Virus record (IMG/VR): IMGVR_UViG_3300042485_001470
Span: 31,082-95,081 of that record
Strand: one strand, 5' to 3'
DNA: 64,000 nt
From: a virus
Made by a program: the position numbers and the translations under genes. Shown one piece after another: positions 39,306 to 48,509 of the stretch (positions are counted from its first letter, which is position 1; each line of letters starts with the position of its first letter). Below the pieces are notes generated by a model. It ran no database searches. It was not told the DNA's origin and worked only from the letters and a program-made list of their open reading frames with translations.

Positions 39306-40697
39306 ATGCAGAGCGAAGATACATTATCAAAATACGGGCAATCATTTCAAACTAAAGTAGTAGCTGCCATCCTAAGTGATGATAGAATGCTAGATACTTT
39401 GGGTGATGTGATTCACAAAAAATTCTTTGAATCTGAAGCAAACAAATGGATTGTGGAAGAAGTGGTAGTATATTATAGTGAATATCATAGATTACCATCA
39501 TTGGATGTATTTAAGGTACAAGTATCTAAAGTTGATAACCCAGCATTACAAAAAACAATAGTAGCACAATTAAAAGAAGTTTATCAAAGTATTGGGGGTT
39601 TGGACCTACAATATATTAAAGATGAATTTACCGCATTTTGTATTAATCAAAACTTAAAGAATGTAATCGTACAATCAATCGATTTACTAAAATCAGGCAA
39701 CTATGATAAAATCAAAGAGTTGGTTGATAAGGCATTGAAGGTTGGTGTTGATGCTGATTTAGGTATGGATTACTTAACCGATTTCGAAGAACGTTATGAT
39801 GAAACTTCTAGAGATACGGTAGCAACTGATTGGGATTGTATTAATGAATTGATGAATGGTGGTTTGGGGCCAGGTGAATTAGGAGTTGTAGTTGCACCAT
39901 CTGGTGTTGGTAAGACTTGGGTTTTAGCAGCATTGGGAGCAGCAGCTGTAAAAGCTGGAAAGATTGTAGCTCACTATACATTAGAACTTTCACAAGGGTA
40001 TGTTGGATTAAGATATGATACTGTGTTTACACATATTGCATCATCTGATTTATCACAAAGGAGAGATGAAGTATTGGATAAAGTAAAGAGATTAAAAGGT
40101 AAACTTAAAATCAAATACTATCCACCTAAAGGAGCATCATCCAAAACAATTCAAGCTCACTTAGAAAAAATGATAGCAGCCGGTAATAAGCCCGATTTAG
40201 TAATTGTGGATTATGCTGATTTGTTGTTATCACATTCAAACAAAACCGATAGTACATACGCTGAGCAAGGTGGGGTGTATATTGATTTAAGAGGAATGAG
40301 TGGTGAGTTAGGAATTCCAATTTGGACAGCATCACAAACAAATCGTTCAGCAATTGATTCCGAAGTTATTGAAGCTGATAAGATTGCAGATAGTTACGCT
40401 AAAGTAATGAACGCTGACTTTATTATGAGTTTAAGTAGAAAGGCAAAGGATAAGTTGAACAATACGGCTAGAGTACATATTATGAAAAATCGATTTGGAC
40501 AGGATGGTATAACCTTCCCAGCTAAAATGGATACAACACATGGTAATTTAGAAGTATATACTGCATCATCCTCCGATGGTATCATAGCATCTAAAGAAAG
40601 TGCTAGTGGTGCCGAAATGGAGAAGCAAATGTTACACAAAAAATATATGGATACAATAGTAGGTAGTAAAGCACCTATGGTATCTGGATTAGGTTAA
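39306..40697 (+). CDS. Replicative DnaB-like helicase (T4 gp41-like)
   Basis: Walker A APSGVGKT, YTLEL, IVDYADLL, WTASQTNR, MKNRFG. Confidence 0.92.
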   Translation: MQSEDTLSKYGQSFQTKVVAAILSDDRMLDTLGDVIHKKFFESEANKWIVEEVVVYYSEYHRLPSLDVFKVQVSKVDNPALQKTIVAQLKEVYQSIGGLDLQYIKDEFTAFCINQNLKNVIVQSIDLLKSGNYDKIKELVDKALKVGVDADLGMDYLTDFEERYDETSRDTVATDWDCINELMNGGLGPGELGVVVAPSGVGKTWVLAALGAAAVKAGKIVAHYTLELSQGYVGLRYDTVFTHIASSDLSQRRDEVLDKVKRLKGKLKIKYYPPKGASSKTIQAHLEKMIAAGNKPDLVIVDYADLLLSHSNKTDSTYAEQGGVYIDLRGMSGELGIPIWTASQTNRSAIDSEVIEADKIADSYAKVMNADFIMSLSRKAKDKLNNTARVHIMKNRFGQDGITFPAKMDTTHGNLEVYTASSSDGIIASKESASGAEMEKQMLHKKYMDTIVGSKAPMVSGLG

Positions 40698-40719
40698 ATA
40701 ACAATTAAAAACAAAAACT

Positions 40720-40893
40720 ATGAACAGTCAAGAACTATTCGAACAAATGAAGACTCTTTTCACAACATTTGAAACAGAGCACAACGGAACTAAAAAAGTA
40801 AACAAATCAAGAGCTAGAAAAGCTATCGGTGATTTGAAGAAATTAATCACTGCGTATAGACAAACATCTACCGCAGAGCAAAAAGCAGCATAA
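40720..40893 (+). CDS. Histone H1-like (Hc1-type) small basic nucleoid protein
   Basis: Not in the ORF track (57 aa): MNSQELFEQMKTLFTTFETEHNGTKKVNKSRARKAIGDLKKLITAYRQTSTAEQKAA. Has an RARK...L.K....R motif and is followed by a terminator. Confidence 0.7.
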   Translation: MNSQELFEQMKTLFTTFETEHNGTKKVNKSRARKAIGDLKKLITAYRQTSTAEQKAA

Positions 40894-40899
40894 TATGAT

Positions 40900-40921
40900 A
40901 GGGGAGGTAACTCTCCCCTTT
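40900..40921 (+). terminator. Intrinsic terminator
   Basis: aggggag-gtaact-ctcccct stem with a short T tract. Confidence 0.6.
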
Positions 40922-41053
40922 CTATATGTTATAATAGACATTGATTAAACCACACAAAAATATTGAAAAATATTTGTAATTTATCAAAGGTTTGTGAGTA
41001 TATATTGTATTTATATTCACCCCTCAAATAACTTACAAAAACCAAATTACGCT

Positions 41054-42067
41054 ATGAGCAAATTATTTACGGATAGAATTCCCTACAAACCATTTGAATA
41101 CCCAGACTACTACAATGAAGGTTGGTTGAAACAAATGCAGGCATTTTGGTTACATACTGAAATACCAATGCAAGGGGATGTGAAGGATTGGAATGAAAAC
41201 TTAACAAAAGAAGAAAAACACTTAGTTGGTAATATACTATTAGGATTTGCTCAAACGGAATGTGCAGTATCGGATTATTGGACTGGTATGGTTACTAAAT
41301 GGTTTCCAAAGCATGAGATTAGACAAATGGCAATGGCATTTGGTTCGCAAGAAACAATCCATTCAGTTGCATATTCATATCTTAATGAAACATTAGGATT
41401 GGATGATTTCGCAGGTTTCCTACATGATGAAACAATGAAGGAAAGATTTGAATTACTAACAAACACAACTGCAGATTGGACTCCTAAAGATTTACAAACA
41501 AATCATACGGCTAGAGTTGAGGTTGCTCGTTCACTTGCTATCTTTTCGGCATTTGCGGAAGGTGTGGCATTATATTCTTCATTTGCTGTATTATATTCGT
41601 TTCAAATGAGAAACCTATTGAAAGGAATTGGACAACAAATGAAGTGGAGTGTTAGAGATGAATCCCTACACTCAAAGATGGGTTGTCAATTATTCAGACA
41701 CATGTGTGATGAGTTTCCTGAATTGTTAGAGGAAGCTAAAGCTGATATCTACAAAGCAGCTGAAATGATTAGAGATTTAGAACACAAATTTATTGATAAG
41801 ATTTTTGAAATGGGTGATTTAGAGAATCTTAAAAAGAATGACCTAAAAGAATTTATTACAAAAAGAGTTAATGAAAAATTAGGAGAATTAGGATATAACC
41901 CAATTAAAGGTGGAGATGACTACTTTGAGTTTAACGAAAAGAAAGCATCTGAATTAGATTGGTTCTATCATCTTACAGGTGGTGTAACTCATACTGATTT
42001 CTTCGCTATGAGACCTACTGATTATAGTAAGGCTGGTGAAGGTGAAAATTGGGATAATATATTTTAA
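41054..42067 (+). CDS. nrdB: Class I ribonucleotide reductase beta subunit
   Basis: KPFEYP, FWLHTE, QTECAV, ETIHSVAY, AEGV, RDESLH, DFFAMRPTDY. ATG 41054 preferred. Confidence 0.93.
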   Translation: MSKLFTDRIPYKPFEYPDYYNEGWLKQMQAFWLHTEIPMQGDVKDWNENLTKEEKHLVGNILLGFAQTECAVSDYWTGMVTKWFPKHEIRQMAMAFGSQETIHSVAYSYLNETLGLDDFAGFLHDETMKERFELLTNTTADWTPKDLQTNHTARVEVARSLAIFSAFAEGVALYSSFAVLYSFQMRNLLKGIGQQMKWSVRDESLHSKMGCQLFRHMCDEFPELLEEAKADIYKAAEMIRDLEHKFIDKIFEMGDLENLKKNDLKEFITKRVNEKLGELGYNPIKGGDDYFEFNEKKASELDWFYHLTGGVTHTDFFAMRPTDYSKAGEGENWDNIF

Positions 42068-42076
42068 AAATAATTT

Positions 42077-43858
42077 ATGAAAAATTACGGAGAAGAAAAT
42101 GGATGGGAAGTAGATGTTGATTTCCCATCTTGGGGTAATAATGAGATATATGTAAAAACTATATCTAAAACATATTTGCAGGCAGGAGAAAAACCAAAAG
42201 ATGCATATTGGAGAGTTGCTACGGCAGTTGCTAAAAGATTGGATAAACCACAATTAGCAACAAAGTTCTTTGATTACATTTGGAAAGGTTGGCTGTGTTT
42301 AGCAACGCCGGTACTATCAAACACAGGTACGGATAGAGGTTTACCAATCTCTTGTTTTGGTATCGATGTAGGTGATAGTATCTATGAGATTGGTTCTAAG
42401 AATTTAGAATTAATGTTGTTAGCAAAGCATGGTGGTGGTGTTGGTATTGGTATCAATATGATTAGACCTGCTGGTAGTAAAATTACTGGTAATGGTACAT
42501 CGGATGGTATTGTCCCATTTGCCAAAATCTATGATTCAACTATCCTAGCTACAAATCAGGGTTCAGTTCGTAGAGGAGCAGCATCGGTGAACATTAAAAT
42601 TGAACACAAAGATTTTGAAGATTTCTTAGAGATTAGAGAACCTAAAGGCGATGTGAATAGACAATCACTTAACTTACATCAATGTGTTGTAGTTAGTGAT
42701 AGATTTATGAAGAAGTTAGAAGAAGGTGATAGTGAATCACGTAGAAAATGGGGTAAGTTACTTCAGAAAAGAAAAGCAACTGGCGAACCTTATATTATGT
42801 ACAAAGGAAATGTAAACAAAGCAAATCCTGAAATGTATAAGAAGAACGGATTAAAAGTTCACATGACTAATATATGTTCTGAAATCGTTTTACATACTGA
42901 TGAGCAACATTCATTCGTTTGTTGTTTAAGTTCTTTGAACTTAGCAAAATACGATGAGTGGAAAGATACTGATTTAGTTTATACATCTACTATCTTCTTA
43001 GATGGTGTATTAGAAGAATTCTTACAAAGAGCTAAGAATATGAAAGGGTTTGAGAATTCAGTTCGTTCAGCAGAAAGAGGTAGAGCATTAGGATTAGGAG
43101 TATTGGGATGGCACACTTACTTACAACAAAAAGGATTGCCATTTGAAGGATTGCAAGCACAATTTGAAACCCGTAAGATTTTCTCTCAATTAAAGATTGA
43201 ATCTGAAAGAGCAAGTAGAGATTTAGCAAACGAATATGGTGAACCACTATGGTGTAAAGAAAGTGGATTCCGTAATACTCACCTAAGAGCAGTAGCACCT
43301 ACGGTATCAAACTCTAAGTTGAGTGGTAACGTAAGTAGTGGTATTGAACCTTGGGCAGCTAATGTATTTACGGAACAAACATCAAAGGGAACATTCATTA
43401 GAAAGAACCCTGAATTGGAAAGAGTGCTTCGTAAAGTAGGTAAAAATACTAAAGAAGTATGGGATAAGATTCTAGCAGATGGTGGTTCGGTGCAAGATTT
43501 ACATTTCTTAGATGAGTGGTGTTTCTTAGATGGTAAATTAGTTGAATGTTCGGAGGTTACCGAAGAATCACATAAAGGTAGATGTAATTCAGTTAAGGAT
43601 GTATTTAAAACATTTAAAGAAATTAACCAATTGGATTTAGTAAGACAAGCTGGTATAAGACAACAATATATAGACCAAGCAGTTTCTCTAAACTTAGCAT
43701 TCCCTGCAACTGCAGAACCAAAGTGGATTAATCAAATTCACATGGAAGCTTGGAAGCAAGGTGTTAAAACACTTTACTATATGAGAACCGAATCAGTATT
43801 GAGAGGTGATATAGCAGCAAAGGCAATGGATGAAACTTGTGTAAGTTGTGAAGGATAA
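42077..43858 (+). CDS. nrdA: Class I ribonucleotide reductase alpha subunit (no ATP cone)
   Basis: PISCF, TNICSEI, VCCLSSLN, VAPTVSNS, TLYYMR, C-terminal CVSCEG. Confidence 0.95.
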   Translation: MKNYGEENGWEVDVDFPSWGNNEIYVKTISKTYLQAGEKPKDAYWRVATAVAKRLDKPQLATKFFDYIWKGWLCLATPVLSNTGTDRGLPISCFGIDVGDSIYEIGSKNLELMLLAKHGGGVGIGINMIRPAGSKITGNGTSDGIVPFAKIYDSTILATNQGSVRRGAASVNIKIEHKDFEDFLEIREPKGDVNRQSLNLHQCVVVSDRFMKKLEEGDSESRRKWGKLLQKRKATGEPYIMYKGNVNKANPEMYKKNGLKVHMTNICSEIVLHTDEQHSFVCCLSSLNLAKYDEWKDTDLVYTSTIFLDGVLEEFLQRAKNMKGFENSVRSAERGRALGLGVLGWHTYLQQKGLPFEGLQAQFETRKIFSQLKIESERASRDLANEYGEPLWCKESGFRNTHLRAVAPTVSNSKLSGNVSSGIEPWAANVFTEQTSKGTFIRKNPELERVLRKVGKNTKEVWDKILADGGSVQDLHFLDEWCFLDGKLVECSEVTEESHKGRCNSVKDVFKTFKEINQLDLVRQAGIRQQYIDQAVSLNLAFPATAEPKWINQIHMEAWKQGVKTLYYMRTESVLRGDIAAKAMDETCVSCEG

Positions 43859-43878
43859 AAAAATAAAACAAAAAGAAT

Positions 43879-44142
43879 ATGTTAGAAGTAAAAAGATTTT
43901 CAGCAGTATGGTGTGGTCCGTGTAGAGCATTGGCACCTTTAATGGAAGGTATTAAAAGTGAACATTCGGATGTGGTTTTTGAAACAATAGATGTAGATAC
44001 AGACCACGAACAGGCATCTCAATTTGCAATACGTTCAGTACCAACTGTTGTATTTGTAAAAGATGGAGTTGAAGTTGATAGATTGATTGGGGTAAACGCA
44101 AAGTTGGCTTACGAAAATAAAATCAACGAACATAAAGTATAA
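43879..44142 (+). CDS. trxA: Thioredoxin
   Basis: WCGPC active site and IRSVPT. Confidence 0.92.
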   Translation: MLEVKRFSAVWCGPCRALAPLMEGIKSEHSDVVFETIDVDTDHEQASQFAIRSVPTVVFVKDGVEVDRLIGVNAKLAYENKINEHKV

Positions 44143-44161
44143 ATAAATTAATAAAGGTTAC

Positions 44162-44365
44162 ATGGCTATTTTAAGAGGGCAAACTCATCCTGCCGCGAAG
44201 TTGACAGATGAGCAAGTTCTAAACATCAGAAGATTATGGAGTATGGGCCACCGAAATTTAAAGGTGATTGCCCGTAACAACAAAGTTTCACCTGCCAATG
44301 TAATGAAGATAGTTCAACGTAAAACTTGGGCACATCTAAATGAATTTTGGAGTGGAAGCTTATGA
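44162..44365 (+). CDS. Small HTH DNA-binding protein resembling the C-terminal domain of HNH homing endonucleases
   Basis: RGQTHPAAKLTDEQVLNIR...IARNNKVS...KIVQRKTWAH. Stop overlaps the next ATG (ATGA). Confidence 0.6.
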   Translation: MAILRGQTHPAAKLTDEQVLNIRRLWSMGHRNLKVIARNNKVSPANVMKIVQRKTWAHLNEFWSGSL

Positions 44366-45135
44366 AAGTAGAAGGTAAACAATACTGCGATATCTCTAAA
44401 TTTTCTATTAGAGAAATTAACAAAAACATCGCAAAGGATATCATTGTCAATAACCATTATAGTGGGATATGGACGAAGGTATCCTATGCGTTGGGATTGT
44501 TTTACATATCCGATGATGAGCATAATTTTTTTAGTGGTGTAAACGAACAATTGGTTGGAGTTGCCTGTTATGGTGACCCGGTTGGTAGAAATGCAGGTGC
44601 ATCAATTTCCGAATTACTTCCTAGAGATGGTGTATTAGAATTGACCCGTTTATTTGTATTTGATGGATATGGTACTAACATTGAGAGTTGGTTCGTTGGA
44701 CAATCTTTCGAATGGTTAAGAACTAATGTACCTCGTATTAAAGCCCTAATATCCTATTCAGACCCAAACGCTGGGCACTTAGGTACGGTATATCAAGCTA
44801 CCAATTGGATATATCAGGGTAACAAAATTAGATGGTCGGATAGTTGGAGTTTTAAGTGGAGTGAGGATGATGAATGGCATCATTCTCGGACATCTTATGT
44901 GAAGTACGGAACGAATGACCCAAAGATAATTCAGACAATGGTTACAAGCCCATTCTGGATTAAAAGAGAACCCCGTAAGCACCGATATGTGTATATTCTA
45001 ACCAAAGATAAGAAGGAACGCAAAGCCCTCTTAAAATCGCTTAAACATGAGGTATTCCCATACCCAAAAGTAGAATTAGATATTATTGATGAAATCCATA
45101 AAATGGACCCAATAGATTTGGTAGTCTCAGGATAA
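44362..45135 (+). CDS. Mom-like GNAT DNA (adenine) modification protein, paralog 1
   Basis: NHYS, LELTRL, NIESWFVGQ, LISYSDPNAGHLGTVYQATNWIYQG, KHRYVY. Start at ATG 44362 matches the paralog N-terminus. Confidence 0.8.
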   Translation: MKVEGKQYCDISKFSIREINKNIAKDIIVNNHYSGIWTKVSYALGLFYISDDEHNFFSGVNEQLVGVACYGDPVGRNAGASISELLPRDGVLELTRLFVFDGYGTNIESWFVGQSFEWLRTNVPRIKALISYSDPNAGHLGTVYQATNWIYQGNKIRWSDSWSFKWSEDDEWHHSRTSYVKYGTNDPKIIQTMVTSPFWIKREPRKHRYVYILTKDKKERKALLKSLKHEVFPYPKVELDIIDEIHKMDPIDLVVSG

Positions 45136-45148
45136 TTTCGTATATTTG
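45117..45148 (+). promoter_or_regulatory. Bacteroidota-type promoter
   Basis: TTTG-N20-TATATTTG, 7 nt before ATG 45156. Confidence 0.7.
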
Positions 45149-45155
45149 TAATAAT

Positions 45156-45425
45156 ATGGCAGTATCTAAGAATCCATCCGAAAAACCTCGAAAGTTTGAA
45201 ATTGTTTACAAAGATGATGATGGCAGTGAATCTATATGGAAATATGATTTAGATAAATTTCCAAATGGACCTATATCAGTTGAGAACAAATTTCCTGCTG
45301 GGTATGATAAGATGATGAAGAAGCAACAAAAAGAAGCTAAGTTATCTAAATCACTTTCCGTATTAGAAAAAGCTAAAAAGGTTAAGAAGGAAGGTAAAAC
45401 ATTAGATAATAAAAACTATTGGTAA
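45156..45425 (+). CDS. Small basic hypothetical protein
   Basis: 89-aa Lys-rich ORF between the two Mom-like genes. Confidence 0.65.
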   Translation: MAVSKNPSEKPRKFEIVYKDDDGSESIWKYDLDKFPNGPISVENKFPAGYDKMMKKQQKEAKLSKSLSVLEKAKKVKKEGKTLDNKNYW

Positions 45426-45428
45426 AAT

Positions 45429-46229
45429 ATGAAAGTAGAAGGTAAACAATATTGTGATGTATCTAAAGTGTATGTTGCACCAATAGCAAAATCAATTGCC
45501 AAAGATATAATCGTAAAGAAACACTATACGCATGCTTGGACAGCTTGTAGATACGCAATCGGAATATATTACAAATCAGAAGATGCTAATACATTCGATG
45601 GTGATAAACTTATAGGTTGTTTAATCTATGGTTTTCCTGTTGGAGCAAAAGCATCCACTTCTATTTGTGAAGGATTAACCAAAGATAACATTTTAGAATT
45701 GACACGATTGTATTGTGATGATGGGTATGGTTCTAATATCGAAAGTTATGCATTAGGGCAATCTTTCAAATGGTTAAAAGAAAACGATAAAGCAATTAAA
45801 GTATTACTATCATACGCCGATAATGGACAAGCTCACTTAGGAGGAATATATCAGGCTACCAATTGGATTTATCAAGGATTATCTACGGATATTGCATTGA
45901 TGCCAAATTGGGGTATATCATTACACAAAGACCCATATCAATGGATTCATAGTAGAACTGTGTTTTCAATGTGGGGTAGTGGCAACTTAGCACACTTACA
46001 AATGGAAATCGGTAAGCAAGGATATAAAGAGTTTTGGAGAAGGGAAGAACCACCAAAGCATAGATATGTTCAGATACTTGCGCAAGATAAAAAAGAAAAG
46101 AAGGATTTGATGAAACGATTGAAGCACGAAATCAGACCTTATCCAAAAGATACCGCATCATACAATACCGAAGTGGTACATCACCTAACTACATACGAAG
46201 CACCTGAAGGGGCTGAAAACTTTTGGTAA
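45429..46229 (+). CDS. Mom-like GNAT DNA (adenine) modification protein, paralog 2
   Basis: KHYT, LELTRL, NIESYALGQ, LLSYADNGQAHLGGIYQATNWIYQG, KHRYV. Confidence 0.8.
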   Translation: MKVEGKQYCDVSKVYVAPIAKSIAKDIIVKKHYTHAWTACRYAIGIYYKSEDANTFDGDKLIGCLIYGFPVGAKASTSICEGLTKDNILELTRLYCDDGYGSNIESYALGQSFKWLKENDKAIKVLLSYADNGQAHLGGIYQATNWIYQGLSTDIALMPNWGISLHKDPYQWIHSRTVFSMWGSGNLAHLQMEIGKQGYKEFWRREEPPKHRYVQILAQDKKEKKDLMKRLKHEIRPYPKDTASYNTEVVHHLTTYEAPEGAENFW

Positions 46230-46233
46230 TATG

Positions 46234-46258
46234 TAACTCATTGATACTCAATCAGTTA
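46234..46258. repeat. Imperfect palindrome TAACTCATTGA-TAC-TCAATCAGTTA
   Basis: 11-bp arms with one mismatch, just upstream of the promoter at 46278. Confidence 0.7.
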
Positions 46259-46277
46259 GAAAAAAGTACTCAAAATG

Positions 46278-46309
46278 CTTGGTAGTTTCAGTTATTTTTC
46301 GTATATTTG
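46278..46309 (+). promoter_or_regulatory. Bacteroidota-type promoter driving the nuclease-GT-GT-PolB operon
   Basis: CTTG-N20-TATATTTG. Confidence 0.7.
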
Positions 46310-46347
46310 TATATAAACAAAATTTAAAACCATAAAACACATAAAAA

Positions 46348-48210
46348 ATGTCACAACACTTAAACAAAGAAGCAAAGGCACTTATTGAAGAACTTATCGC
46401 ATTCTTTGAGCATCCCATAAACAAAAGAATATTCATTTCAAGTCTTGAAGATATAAGACCCTTATATAGAGGACATGCATCTTATAAAAATTTAGTTGCA
46501 CACATATTTAATTCCTCTTGGAATAGGCATCCTAATTTTGATAACCCATCTGTTAGAGCTAGTAAGTTAGGATATGTGATGAGGCTAGGTACGGGACTTG
46601 CATCAATAAACCAAATACCAATCAGTTTTTTAATAGATACAGTATCACCTATTAAAAATTTCTTATTAAAAGATAGAGGGCATATTTTGGAAATAACTTG
46701 TTGTTTATATAATGAGAAAATGTGGAAAACTTCCGAACTTGAAGAAATTGTAATAAATGAAATAAAATATTTAGAAGCAGCTCAGAATAAAACATCCGAT
46801 AGAATAAAGGCTCTCCAAATATTATCAGATGTTAAAAACTTCATTAAACAAACTGATAGTGAAATGATGAGTTCCGGAATTGTTGATAAAACAAAAAGAC
46901 TTGTATCGTTGCAAGAAATATGTGATTCGGTTCCTGATTTTAATTTTAATTTAAATAAAACTGATTTATCAATTGAAGTTAAAAAAGAAAGTATTCCTAC
47001 CCATATTAGAGAAATCCTTCAAATTAACAATATCAATAATAAGTGGATGGATGCTCAATTAGCTTGGCTTAATTTTTGGGCATATTGTTTTGATAAAGAT
47101 AATAACTCGGAATATATAGATTCTAAGTTGGAATATGAAAAACTAATATCTTTGTTTGAGCAAGACAGTACATTTAATGGTGATTATGATAAAAAGAGTA
47201 ACTATCCATTGATGGCTAATTCTATTACAGACTATTGTAAAAAGTTAAGTGAGGGTTCTATTATAGTTCCATTGAGTTTAGTATCAATTGATGCTAGTAC
47301 ACAAACATTAGACGATGTTGCATCTAAATTAGAAAAAGAAACGGAATCGGCATTAACATCGCAATATAAAAATTTGTATGATTTAAAAATTACAAAAAAA
47401 CAATTTGAGAAATATAAATCAGAATATAAAGCTATTATAGAGCAACCACATTGGAAAACTTTAAAAGATAAAATTGATAAATTAGTAAAAAAATACACAT
47501 CTCCAAATAGGGATTTGGAAAATTTAAAACACACTAATATTTTACATATAAGTTATGGTGGTGCTGCTCTCATCGCATGTAGACGTTTAATAATAAGCAA
47601 GGGTAACAAAGGTAGAACATCACCTGCTCATATTGAAAGAATAGTTAAAGATTTTTGCAATAATTTACACAAAAGAATTGAATCGATTTGTGAAGCCGGT
47701 ACATATTTTCCTGGAGTTGCTAAGAAATCATCCGCACGTGTTATCTATACAATAGGGTATGTTTACGATGAAATGATGAAGCAAAGTACATCGGATATTA
47801 AAATGACAGAGCAAGAAGTATATGAATATCTATTGGAAGATATTAAACAGCACTTAAATGGACAGACAAAATTTAGTGTTGTTAAACTTACATTACCTAA
47901 CTACAATGGTGATACTTTGGAAACAACACAAATAGATTTCGAAGATTTGCAACGAAGTAGAGCCGGTTTTGATTTGGGCCACAAACTTCAAACAACTGGA
48001 GATTTTACAATTGATAATTGTTTTATTCAGGAAAAACATCATAACAGGTCATATCATAATGTTGACCACATTACCGATACGATTGGGTATTGGAAGTGGT
48101 ACTCTAAAGTAAACCTTGAAATTGTTAATAATAAAAAAGACTATTTTATTAATAACGATATGATAGATGTTGTAGCAGACGCTAAAAAACTAAATGAAAG
48201 ATTTAATTAA
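46348..48210 (+). CDS. 620-aa protein: possible degenerate DUF262/GmrS-like N-terminus and C-terminal HNH-like nuclease
   Basis: C-terminal FDLGH...G.FTIDN..IQEKHHNR fits the HNH betabetaalpha motif. N-terminal WNR...IPI...LLKDRGHIL loosely parallels DUF262 YQR/PIP/DGQQRL. Confidence 0.45.
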   Translation: MSQHLNKEAKALIEELIAFFEHPINKRIFISSLEDIRPLYRGHASYKNLVAHIFNSSWNRHPNFDNPSVRASKLGYVMRLGTGLASINQIPISFLIDTVSPIKNFLLKDRGHILEITCCLYNEKMWKTSELEEIVINEIKYLEAAQNKTSDRIKALQILSDVKNFIKQTDSEMMSSGIVDKTKRLVSLQEICDSVPDFNFNLNKTDLSIEVKKESIPTHIREILQINNINNKWMDAQLAWLNFWAYCFDKDNNSEYIDSKLEYEKLISLFEQDSTFNGDYDKKSNYPLMANSITDYCKKLSEGSIIVPLSLVSIDASTQTLDDVASKLEKETESALTSQYKNLYDLKITKKQFEKYKSEYKAIIEQPHWKTLKDKIDKLVKKYTSPNRDLENLKHTNILHISYGGAALIACRRLIISKGNKGRTSPAHIERIVKDFCNNLHKRIESICEAGTYFPGVAKKSSARVIYTIGYVYDEMMKQSTSDIKMTEQEVYEYLLEDIKQHLNGQTKFSVVKLTLPNYNGDTLETTQIDFEDLQRSRAGFDLGHKLQTTGDFTIDNCFIQEKHHNRSYHNVDHITDTIGYWKWYSKVNLEIVNNKKDYFINNDMIDVVADAKKLNERFN

Positions 48211-48509
48211 TGAAATTTGATAAAACAAAAAGTGAAATAGTATATCATACTCCATCATTTAAAGATGGTTGGATTACTGTTATTGCCGAAGAATGTAAAG
48301 CAAATAATCAAAGAATGGTATTAATAATACCAACTTGTAAAAAATATTCATATCAAATCAATAAATCGTTTTCTATTTTAGGGGATGATTTATTGATATA
48401 TGAAATGGCGATGGGAATGGGTGTAGTGTTAGAATCCCGAGCAAAGAAATATGTAGAATATCATAAAAATAGTAAACTATATGAAAAAAATCCATTTTTT
48501 AAGTATTGA
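48210..48509 (+). CDS. Hypothetical protein
   Basis: 99 aa, TAATG-coupled to the upstream gene and overlapping the downstream GT. Confidence 0.55.
   Translation: MKFDKTKSEIVYHTPSFKDGWITVIAEECKANNQRMVLIIPTCKKYSYQINKSFSILGDDLLIYEMAMGMGVVLESRAKKYVEYHKNSKLYEKNPFFKY

Noticed and set aside
40950-41012. NrdR-box-like sequences upstream of nrdB
   Set aside because: Only loose matches in very AT-rich DNA, overlapping a TATTTATA motif. Not distinguishable from chance.
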